A stretch of DNA of 64,000 nucleotides from Planctomyces sp. (lineage in GTDB: Bacteria; Planctomycetota; Planctomycetia; Planctomycetales; Planctomycetaceae). The stretch spans positions 3,452 through 67,451 of the forward strand of contig SYJG01000071.1 in the NCBI GenBank assembly GCA_005798445.1, written 5' to 3'. Both the position numbers and the translations under genes were made by a program. The notes below the pieces were generated by a model. The model was not told the DNA's origin and did no database searches. It worked only from the letters and a program-made list of their open reading frames with translations. Shown one piece after another: positions 46,501 through 58,500 of this stretch. How positions within the stretch are numbered: the stretch's first letter is position 1; each line of letters starts with the position of its first letter.

Positions 46501-49500
46501 GTCGGAACTATTTGACCCAATGGTGACGATTCGCTTGCCGTCGTTGTCGAAGCTGTTGTCGAGGCTTCCATCCACATTCAATCGGACGACGGCAATGTCG
46601 TCGTTCGTTCCGTTGTACGAGCTGCCGGCCAGAACCAACTTTCCGTCGGGCTGGACCAAGACACTTTGAACGGCTTCCGCTTTCACACCACTGCTGATCG
46701 AGACGATCAGTTTTCCATCACCGTCAAAGCTGGTATCGAGGCTGCCGTTGGATTGGAGTCGAACAATCGCAAAGTCGCCGAAGCCGCCGCTATTGGTGTA
46801 ACCGGCGAGTACAATCTTTCCGTCGGGTTGGATCACAACGCTATTCGCAATGTCCGTTGCGGAACCGGCTCCCACCGGAATGACCAGTTTGCCAGCGTTC
46901 CCGAAGCTGGTATCGAGACTCCCGTCAGCATTCAGACGCACAGCCGCGAAATCATCGGACGAAGTGCTGATGTTGTAGGAATACCCAGCCAGCACGATCT
47001 TGCCATCCGGCTGGATCGCAATGCTGTTGCCGTAGTCTTCGAAAGATCCGATCGGTACGACGAGCTTACCGTCCCCACTAAACGTTGTGTCGAACAGTTC
47101 GAACGGTGGCTGATCGATGCTCAGGAATTGCAAATCGGTGAGTTCCGCCAATGGCGTGACATCCGTGACCGGGTTGAAGTCGGCGCTGATCGCTTGCAAG
47201 TGGTGCAGCAACAATAGCGGAGCCAAACTGCGGATGCTGTTGTTGTCGAAGCTCAGCGTTCGCAGTTCGGCCGCGCCCGACGCCGCCCCCACGTTGTCTC
47301 CGGAAAGTTTGCGTCCCTTCTCAATCGGCTTCAGATCAACGACGTGGTTGTTGTTGAGATTCAGCTCATGCAGATTGATTGCGTCTTCCAGACCAGACAG
47401 GCTGGTTACGCCACGAGTGCTCAAATCCAGCCGAGTCATCTCCGCCAGTTCGCTGGTCACAATGGGCTGCGCGATTTGCAGACTGCCGTCGAATCGTTTC
47501 GTGAACGTCCGGCCGAGCGTTTGCGCGACGACCAGCCGCACGCTGGGATCAGCGAACGTGACGACCGGATCGAGCGTCCGCTTGAGTGATGGGCCTTGCT
47601 CGCCCGTCGGCGGCGTCAGCAGCGTGGAGCTTTCGCCCTGTCCCGCACTTTGATCGCGAACCTCAAACGGATCAGCGCGGAAGGTGTCTTTCCCCTCTTC
47701 ACCGAACAGACGGTCGAGATCGCTGTTGCCTTGGAGAAAATCGTTGCCATCGCCGCCACGCAGTTCGTCGTGATCGGGCTCTTCGTAGATCGGCCGAGTC
47801 TGTCCGGCGAACGGAGCCGCAAATGTCAGCGCGAATGGGAGAGCGGAAGGATTTGGAGTATCGGATTGAGGAGTATGCACTCGAACGAAATACGTTCCCG
47901 CATCGAAGTGCCGCAGGTCCACGATCGAATGTGACAGCGCACGCAATCCGCCGTTGGCGTCATAGACATCGACCAGAACTCCGGAACCTGACGGCGTGAC
48001 CGTGAGAGCCGTGTCGCCGGCCCCTGGCTTGGGAACACCTAGCAACGTGGCGGCACCGGCGCGCGACGGCCGCACGCTCAGACTCACGCCCGGTGCAGAC
48101 GGCAACGCAAGCCGCAGCGTCAGTCGGGTGTGCCCTCGGTTCAATGCGTCGCGCACCGCTGCTGACAACGTGATCGTGACGACGCCCGATCGTGCCGAGA
48201 GCGCAACGCTCGTTACGGTGCCGATGGACAAGCCATCGGCCGCGCTGATGAGCAAGTCCGCCTCGCTGGACAAGGCCGTGACCGTCAGCGTGCCGCCCAA
48301 TTGACTCTTGACCGTTTGCAGGTCGCTGCCAATTGTGGTCAATAAGTCGGTGACCGTCCGGTTGTTTGCCGTCACTGACGACGCGACAAATAACGATCCG
48401 TTGACCGCCGTGAGACCGCTCAAGATCGAATCCGTCGAACCCGCTGTGAGGTCCGAGACAATGTGTGTGCCATCGGCACTGCCGTCGCTGGTCCACAATT
48501 CGCGGCCCGCATGGCCGTCGGTCGCGATGAAATACAGTTGATTGCCGGCCACCACGAGGCTCTGCGGATCGGAGCCGATGATCCCGCTGCGCAACCGATT
48601 GAGATTGATCAATTGTGCCGGCTTCACACTGGGTGTCGTTAGATCAAACACCCACAGCTCGCGATCGACGACCGTGCCCGCGACAAAGACGAGCTTGTTG
48701 CCAAATCGGGTCAGTTGATCGGGGCTGACAACACTGGCGTCCTCCGCAGTTTTGAGCTCGACCGTTCCGGCGGTCGTCCCGTCGCTCACATGAAGGACGT
48801 TGTTCGATCGGAAGAACAGCGTCCCGTTCACGTCGGTCAGTTGATCGAGCGCGGCACCGAGATTTTTGACAAGCGACGTCGTGGCACCGTTCGACAACCG
48901 TAGTTCGCTGCCGTTGGTGAAATAGAGGCTGCCACCTGCCAACGCGCTCTCGGTCAAATTACCCAGCGTGTTCCCGGCGACTCCGGAAATCAACCGCTGG
49001 CTGGTGGTCGCGAGCGTTGTCGCGACCGGCAGTGCCCAGACCGCGTTGCCGGCGACTCCGATGTCCGTCGAAATGAAGGCGATCGATGCCACGGCCGGAT
49101 TGGCGGCAACCGGCTTCAACAGCACGCTGGTTAGCGAGCTGACGTTTGTGAACGACACACTGCCGGGTCCACGAACTTCCTGAGCGCTGGGCGCTGTGCC
49201 GCCAGTTGTCGGAAGCACCGACATGAGTTTATTAGCCGACGTGAAGAACAACCGTCCGCCCGCTTCTCGTAAGGCGACCGTGCCGGAGACCGCGCTCACG
49301 GTACGCACAGAATCGGACGTCGTCACGTATTCCAACAGGCTGCCGCCGGAGACGAAGAACAGACTGTTCGCGACCGCGGTCAGATTCGTCGGATCGGTGT
49401 ATGAAGTGATGCCGGATTTCACTTCTCGGGTTCCGACAACCGTGCCGTCGGTGCGCCACAAAGTCGTGGGGGACATGTCAGATAACTGCGCGCGGTAGAA

Positions 49501-52500
49501 GAGCTCTGGACCAACGACCGCTGTCGCGGAGTAACCCGCCGCGAGACTCGCGGGAAGGTTTGACGGACGGACGAGCGTAAACGTTGTTCCGCCAGCGAAA
49601 GTCACACTGCTGTCGACCAGCGTGAGCTGCGTATTCGAGTCCCGGCTTGCAATGGAATAGCCACGGCCATTGATGTTCAGAGTCCCGCGCGTCGCCCAGT
49701 CCGGCCAAGTTCCGGAACCCAGCGTGACGACTCCGGAAGTCACCGCGATCGCCCCCGTCGTGTAATTCTGGGAATCGAAGGCCACCGGGAAGCCGGTCAC
49801 GTTCGAGCTGTAGTCCACGGTCAGCACCGACGAGAGGTCGTCAGTTCGATTGAGATAAGGAAGCAGACTGGCGAGGTCGTACTCCAAGACGCCGACAGTG
49901 ACTTCGGTCCCCGGAGTGCTTCCACCGACGATCACCTGGCTGTCGTTGACTTGGCTGACATCAAATGTGGCACCCGATGGTGAGAGGACGCCATTCGTCT
50001 GGGCCGCGAGTCGAATCGGTGCCGGCGCTTCCGGTCCGACCGACAAGTAATTGCCGGGCAGGCCATCGCCCAATGTGGTGAAGCGATACCACCGCTCGTT
50101 CTGTCCCATCGCCAGCGTATAGAAGTCGGTATCCAACATTCCGTTGTCGTCGTTGTCTTCGTCTTGGAAAACGAAGGGCCGTCCCGTGGCGCGATCGACG
50201 ACGTACTCGCCGCTTCCGGTGATTGTGCGATTGGTGAGGATGTCCGGCTGCAATCCCGACGGCAGCAAGTTGTCCTGCTTGCCCTCAATGACATACACGC
50301 GGCCGGCGCGTTGCTTCACGCCATTGCGGAACGTGTCGACCAGCGCAGCACCGAGCACCAAGTCGTCGACTCGATCCCGATTCCAGTCGAGCGACGGATT
50401 GACCATTACGGAATCAATCACACCGTCGATCCCGCCGCCTGAAAGGCGCGTATTGGCCAACGACAAAGCCACGTTTTCGGAAAGATGTGCCGCATTCCAG
50501 AAGACATGCACCGTGCCGGTGATCGGCTTGATCTGCTTGATCGAATTGAGCTGAGTCAACGCGCCCGCAGAAGGAATCAGACGCGAGACCGTATCGTTCG
50601 GCGAACCAATCACCACTTGCCCCGTCGATTCCAGAATGGCCAAGTCGAACAGCCCGTCGCCATTGAAATCTCCCGCCACAGGCGACAACACGACCGCCAA
50701 CCCCGAATCCGCCGCCGAGCCTTTCAACGTGAACTGCGGCGTCGTGGCGATCGACGTTCCACCGTAATAGACCTGCACGTCGAATCCCGATGCGCCGGTG
50801 CTCGTCCCACTTTCGCTGACAGCGAAGTCGGCATAGCCATCACGGTTGAGATCGCCCAACGGGGTGACGTCCGAGACATTGCGACCGACGGCCAGACGAA
50901 CGTTGGATGTGTCGGTCAGAGATTTCGTAATCGTGCTTGCGGACGGCGTGGGGGCCAACAACACGTAGACACCCTTCGTGCCATTCGAGAACGCCAAGTC
51001 ATCCAATCCATCTCCATTGATGTCATCCAGGTCATGCCGCGTGACAAACTCGGAAGTGCTGCTGACATCCTCGAAGATTCCCAATCTGCGATTGCTACTC
51101 AGTGCGTTGCCGGCCAGTGACCCACCGTGCGCGCTGGTCCCCGCGTACAAATTGGCGAACGCCACCGTGCCGCCGGTCAGTCGGTCATGCCGTCCCTGGA
51201 CCAGAATGTCCGCGAACGCATCCCCGTTCCAATTCAAGATCAGAGCTTTTGCATCCGATTGCACGGGAACTTTGTACGACTCGCTCGGAAGGCTAAAGAA
51301 GTTCGTGCCGACCGAGCTGAGATCCAGATGCCGCGGGAAGACTGCCGCTCCGTAAATCACATTCAGCCGAATCGCGCCGGAGTTCGACAGCGTGGTCACG
51401 CTCGCAAACACCAGATCGCTGCGACCGTCGCCATCAATGTCGCCCTGACCGTCGGCCAGATTGCCTAGCCCCGTGTGAAATTGTCCGAACTCGTCCGTGC
51501 CGTCCTGTTGCCAGACGATGACATCCGCGCGGTCGGCGATATTCTCGACGCTGTCGAAATCGACCGGGCCAAACAGCACATAGCTGCGCGTTGTGCCGGC
51601 GATCAGCATGTCGGGAATGCGGTCGCCATTGAAATCGCCGATGTTCCGCCCTGTCGAAATTTTGTCGTTTGTGATCGAGCCTTCCACGCCCACTGCCTGA
51701 GTCAGCGAGTGCGTGGCCGCTCCGTCGTTCAAAGCGACTCCCGTGCGAACAGACGTCGTGGACTCCCCCAAAGGAGCGGCCAGCGTGAATAAGTAACGAT
51801 TGACGGTCGAGGCTACCGGCAGCGTGATCGGATTGTTCTGCAAGGCCCGTCCGGTGAAGACATGCGTCTGCTGACCACCGAGCGCATCGGCGATGGCGAA
51901 GTCCGCCACCGGCTTGCCGGCGAGTTGATCGCCGTTGACGTTTCCCACGCCACCAAAGAACAGCGGCTGTGCGGGTAGCATGGCCGAGTAGAACGGCAGC
52001 CCCGTCTCAACGACGATGTCCGGCACATCCAGCCACGTTGCCTGCCGTGATTCGAGACCACCGAGAAACACCTGTCCGACGACATGCTGCCATGAGCTGC
52101 CATCCTCGGCCAGTCGGTGCGTCACTTCCGGAACGACCCGGCCAATGTCCGCGGCCCCATCTCCGTTGATATCACCTAGCGCGACCCAGGGGCCGGGGCT
52201 GCTGAAGGACAACTGATTGAACAGCGTTGGGCCGGCCAGACCGCCAAAGAGCACATACGTCTTGGACTCCGAAGTCAACACCACATCAGATCGACCGTCG
52301 CCATCCAGATCACCGACGGCGAGCAGTTGAGAGTTATTCAACGTGTCAGAAGGCAGCACGAGACTGGCCCGCGCGCCGATCGTGCCACCGGTCAGCGCGG
52401 CGGCACCATTCACCACCGACACACTGCCAATATCAAAGTCATCCCTGGTGACCACGAGATCGCTGAATCCGTCGCCATTGAGATCGGCTCCCGCCACGCT

Positions 52501-55500
52501 CAATCCCAAACGGGCAGGAATTCCAGGGTCGGTGAATGTTATTGTCGAAGACAGCGACACGTTCAGCGGCTTTGATTTCACAACGAGGTCATCGACATAC
52601 AAACCTTCGAAATCATTGTTGACGTCGTCGGTCGTGTCGAAGGCGAACTGCACTTGAATTTGAGAACCGCGGTACGCGTTCAGTGACACCGTCTTGTTGA
52701 GCCATGTGCTCTGATCGCGCAGCGTGGATTCAATGACGACCTCTCGTGAAAAACTTTGGACGGCGTTATCGGAGTACCCGCTGACATAGACCGATCTGCC
52801 GTCGGGACTCACCGTCACACCGACGGCCGCCGACAGTTCATTGACTCCCCCGACTCCGTCCTTCAAAGCCGTTTGATACGTCAACGCGCCCGTCGTCAGA
52901 TCGCGATCAAATACCGCCAGGGCGCTCTCGAATGAGCCTGCCACATAGACTGATCGTCCATCCGGACTCACGGTCAGATCGTAAGCTCCGCTCAACCCAT
53001 CGACGCCGTTCACACCATCCTTGAACACCGTTTGGAAGGTCAGTGCGCCGCTCATTGTGTCGCGAGCAAATACCGCCACTCCATTGTCCGAACGGCCTGC
53101 CGCGTAAACCGAGCGTCCATCGGCACTCACCGCGATCCCCAACGTTCCCGCTAAACCATCCACACCACCCACACCGTCCTTGAACACAGACTGGAAGGTC
53201 AGCGCACCCGTCATTGTGTCACGTGCAAACACCGCCACGGCGTTGTCGCTAAAGCCAGTGACATAGATCGAGCGGCCGTCAGGGCTGATGGCGATTTCGT
53301 TGTCAGCCGCCAGACCGTCGACGCCATTGACGCCGTCGCGGATCACCGATTGCAACGTCAGCAGCCCCGTCGTCGTATTACGAGCAAACACGGCCACCGC
53401 GCTTTCATTGGCTCCCGTCACATACACCGAGGTTCCATCAGGGCTCAACGCGATCCCTTCAGCTCCCGCCAAGCCGTCGATGCCACCGACGCCATCCTTC
53501 AGGACCGTTTGGAACGTCAACGCACCGGTCGTGGTGTTGCGTGAGAAGATCGCCAGTGCGTTGTCGTTGTATCCGGTGGCATAGACCGACTTCCCGTCTG
53601 AGCTTACCGCCACGTTAAACGCTTGGGCCAATCCATCCACACCGCCAACGCCATCCTTGAAAACAGATTGAAACGTCAACGCGCCCGTCGTCGGATTGCG
53701 GGTGAAGACCGCCAGTCCGTTGTCCGCATTTCCGGTGACATACATCGACGTGCCATCGGGACTGATCGCCATGTGGAATGCGCCGGCCAGTCCGTCGACA
53801 CCACCGAATCCGTCCTTTACCGCCGCCGACGGCGAGAAGTTGATGTGCGCTCCGACATTGATCGGCGAAAAGCCGCCGCCATCTTGCGAGATCAGCACCT
53901 GCGCTCGATCAAAGGCATTCAGATTTCCTTCCGTCTGCAGCAAGTATTTGAAGGACAATTCCAGATCGACATCGGCCGGCACGTTGGTCAGATCGATCAC
54001 GGGAGACGTGGCCGTGCCACGATTGGCCTTCACCGTTGAATAGTTTCCGCCGCCGAACGGCGATTCCTCCTGGCCGTAGTACAAACTGTTGGGCGACGAG
54101 TGCGATGTCTCCGGACGGAGTGCCGGATTCGAGAACAACACCGAACGCATGGAACCAATCAAAACGCCATAGCCGGCCGCGCCGGTGTTGAGTTTCACTT
54201 GTTCAAAACTGGTCCCTTCCAGACCGGACGCCTTGATGCCGATCGTGGCCGACTGGCCGTTGTCGACATTGACGTCGCCAGTCTGCAGGTCCACGTAATT
54301 GAACCGGATGGACTGATTGAACTGCGACAGCACGGTCTCGAAGGTGACGTCAGCGGTTTGTTCGACAGGATTTCCGGTACCAGCAAAGTGCTGCACCAAG
54401 TGCCAACGAATCACGTACAGAGACGAGCCGGGATGCTGAGGATCGTCGATCGTTGCCGCGTAAACCGCATCCAACTCGTCCAGGTCGGTTCGCCAATCGT
54501 CCCACAGCGGAGCAATCGCCGCCGGGGCCAGGCCGGTGGTCAAGGCCGTGTTAGAATAGGCCGTTGTGCCACTGACGAACGTCAACAGGCCGTTCGAACT
54601 GACGAAGGCCGTCGTGTGGCTCTGGCCATAGAACTGGAATGCGAACGGCAACGTGACTTGCACGAAGTTGTCGTCAAAGCCATCCAGAATCTTGTTGCCC
54701 GGTGAGACAATCGAGCTGTGATTGTCGTCCGTGGTTGAGTACGCGGGTTGCGTCACCGTGTAACCAATGCCGTTGGAACTGCGTCCTTCGGAGAGATGCC
54801 ACAGGCCGCTTTCGTAGGTCGCGTTCGGCGGCGAGTTATTCAGCGTGAAGCCATCCAGGTCCGCGGTCGTTCCAGTGACATTGCTGAAGTCGGCGGAATA
54901 AATTGTTCCGGTCTGTCCCCACGCCGTCTGTCCTTGCAGGATATGCACCTCTCCGTGGTAATTGTCCCGCTGAGGATCGCCGATGACCAAGTCATCGGCG
55001 GTGTCTGTCGGGCCGGTCATGCGGCCGGCGTTCGCGAAGCTGAGTGGTTGGTCGATCCAGCTTGCGTTGGTGAGGATCACATCGGCGTTCGTCGTGACAT
55101 TGATCAGTCCCGAAATCTCGTGACGTCCCAGCACGATATAGACGCCCGCGTCCGCCGTGCCGCTGACGCCTACCGCCACGTCACCGATGCCGTCGCCGTT
55201 GAAGTCGCCGGGCATCAGCGTGCTGCCGCCGCTGGTCAGCGGCGCAGGCAATTGCAACGTGAACTCAACCCGCTGCAAGTTTGCCGGCGTCAGCGTCCCG
55301 TGGCCAAACGAAACGTGAGCCAGCGTTGCGGAACCTTGTTCCCGAATCGAACTGACGAAATCGGCAAAGCCATCGCCATTCAAATCTCCCACGGGGATCA
55401 CAACCGGACGTTCGGCTGAATCCGTCGCGGTCACAGTGACCGAAGCGGCGGAGGCCGGCAAGTCGATCGTCTCGCCAAGATGCTGAGAAATCTGGAAGGT

Positions 55501-58500
55501 CAACGTGTACTCGCCCATCGCTTCGGGCGCTGGGTTGTTGCCGGCCGTCGTCGGCGAGACATCGAAGGACTGTGCCGACAAATGCAGCGACTGCGTGGCG
55601 GCAGCACCCTGAGGAGTGTTCGGAATGCCGATCGCCAACTTCTGGCCGTTTGCGGTAATCAGCCAGAAGCCAATCCGCTGATCGTTCACGCTCACCGTGT
55701 TGACCAGCACTTTGGGCTGACCATTGTCCAAGCCGACCGCCACGTTGACCGCTGTTTGCAGATCGCTGATCAAATCGCTGATGGCAGGTCGCAGCTTCGG
55801 TGACAACGTGACCTGCGTCTCGAAGCCATCATCCACTTTGAGTGTGAATATCGCTATTTGAGTTTTCAAAGCGAACAAATCCGCTTCGACGATCGGGGTC
55901 GAACCAGTCAACTGCCGCGTATTGAGATTCACGGCATGAACGAAGTAGTAATCGGGAACCCCGACAAACTGCTCGACCGGCACGGGATCGAGTGTTGATG
56001 ACGAATCGGTGTCCTGACCGGCGTAGAGATACAGCTTCGGTCCGCGAAATGCGGCCGCAATTTCGGTCGCTCGCGATTCCACGAATTGCAGCGAGATCAT
56101 GTTCGCCATCAACAGCGCCGATTGCTCGCTGCCGTATTTCTTCAAGGCCGGAGGAGTCGGCAGCACGTACCAGTCACCGGAATCTCCGTAGTGGAAATTG
56201 AGCGACTTCACCGCCACCGATTGCACGGGCGTTGCGATCAGCGGACTAAAATCTTCCAGCAGCAGTGCCGCCAATTCGGGCTTGTCATTAAAGCCGCCTC
56301 GTCCCGCCACGCTGACAATTTCATAGCGGTCCGGCGGCACGGCACTTGGTCCACCGGCGATCCAGTCGGATCCAGCGTCGCCCAGCAAAACGTCGTCGCC
56401 GCCGCCGCCTCGGATGATGTCCTGTCCATTGCCGCCGTCGATCGTGTCCGCTTCCGCTCCGCTAAGTAGTCGATCGTTCCCGTCACCGCCACGGATCGTG
56501 AGGTTGGACAGCTCCGCTCGCTGCGGCCGATCTTCAGGATCGATGCCCCATTCGCTGCCGTCGATCAGGTATTCCGGATCGGCATGGACTTCATCGTCCC
56601 CGGCGCGAGTATCGATCACGTAGCTTTCGACGGACGTCGCCGTGAAGTACGCATACTGCTGTTGGAAACCGCCGGTCTTGGCGTTCTCGACGAAGTCTTG
56701 AGCGGCTGTGTCCCAAACTCGCGACGTGGCTTCATATCGGTGCAGCAGCGTGTTGTAGCGCACGGCGAAGTTGTCCGGGACCGGCTTCCCATTGAGGTCC
56801 AGATCGCCACCCAGGAACAACACCTGGTCTTCACCGGCTTGACCATCGAAGCGGTCGCTGAACGTCGGCAGATAGGTTTGCTGTCCACCGGCGGTCAATG
56901 ATCGCGCCGTCGTCTTCAACAAGGGCAAGTCGTCGGGCAGCAGTTGGAAGATGTCATTCCCCGTGCCGCCGAACATCAAATCCTGAGCCTGCCGATCGAA
57001 GCCGCCGGTGAGAACGTCATTCCCCGCACCGCCGAAGATCCAATCTTCCCACGAGCCACCCTTGAGTACATCGTTCCCTTCGCCGCCGATCAGGATGTCG
57101 CGACGCAAGATCTTGAGCGTGCTGGAGAGATTGGTGTCGAACACCGTCGAAATCAGCGGCAATTGTCCGTTGCCCGGCGCGGTGCTGACGGCGGGAAGCA
57201 ACTCATACTCGACAGGGCCGGCGCTGGTGACCGACACGAAGTACGGCGTGTTTTTGACCAAGTCTTTCAACGGCAGGCGGATCGTTGATGTCAGAGCCGT
57301 GCTGAGCGCCGTGAGGACTTGCCCAGCGGCATTGGCCAGCGCGACCGTTACGACGTTGCCGGACAGGACCGAGACGTCGATGTGTTCCGCCGCGGTCCCG
57401 GTCTCCGCGAGTTGGAACTGGAACCAATCGACGTCCCCTTCATGCAGCGCCAGTTCGTTGACCGATCCCAAACCGGCAATGTTCTCCAGGTTGTAGGCTC
57501 GGTTTTGGACGTTGTTATTGAGAACCCCTTCGGCGAAATCGGGAGTTGCGAACGCCAACTGATAGACCGTCGGGATGCTCGTTGTCTGAAGACGCAGGTA
57601 GTAAGTCGTGTTCGCCGCCAGGCTCAACCCATTTAAGTTGATGCGACCGCGGGCATCGGCCGTCGCCAGCACGGAGCTTCCACTGCGCAGCTCAAGGGTC
57701 ATGTGGTCATCGGCGGACAAGCTGGTGACCGTCAATGAATCGCCCACTTGTGGGATGCGCGGCAGTTGGAATTTGTACCAATCTTGATCGGTGGGACTGT
57801 CGATGGTCAGGCCGCTGAAGAGCTGCTTGCCGTTCAGCAAATTGGCGACTTCGACATTCAAGTTGAAGGCGTTGGCTTGCGAATCGTTATTCAGGAATCC
57901 TTGCTTGGTCTCGCTGAGGTCGGTCAGGATCGGACGGCCGGAAGTGTATTCGACACGGTCGTCTCCTCGGCCCGCGTCGACCCACACCGACTTGGTGACG
58001 GTCGGGCCGACGACGACACGATCGTTGCCGTCGAGCGCGTCAACGATGATCGCCAGGAAATCGCCTTCCGGTGGCAGCAGGCTGGTCAGTCCTTGCGATC
58101 CCACAAAGCCGAGGGCCGACGCCTGGTCATCCGCGAAGTGCAGATCCGAACGAGCGGCCTCGTTCGTATTCGTGATGAAGAATTGACTGGCATTCGCGTT
58201 GGCCGGATCGTCGATCCGCGTGAGGCTGATCGCATTCTCCGCCAACCGAGCGGACACCTTTTGGTCAAGCCCTGCCAACTTCAGCGCGGCGTTGATGTCC
58301 GCCACCAAATCACGCCGCGAGGAATTGGCCAGAATCGGTTGCTCCGCTCCGGCACTTGCCAGCGTGGAATTCCGCGTGACGGTCACGCTCACCGGTGCGT
58401 TGTTGTCGAGATGCAACACGAAGGTGGCGTCGCCGGTCAGTTGCCCATTTTCAGGAGCCGCCTCGGAACCGGTCAGAGCCACGCCGAAATAGTTGTCCGT

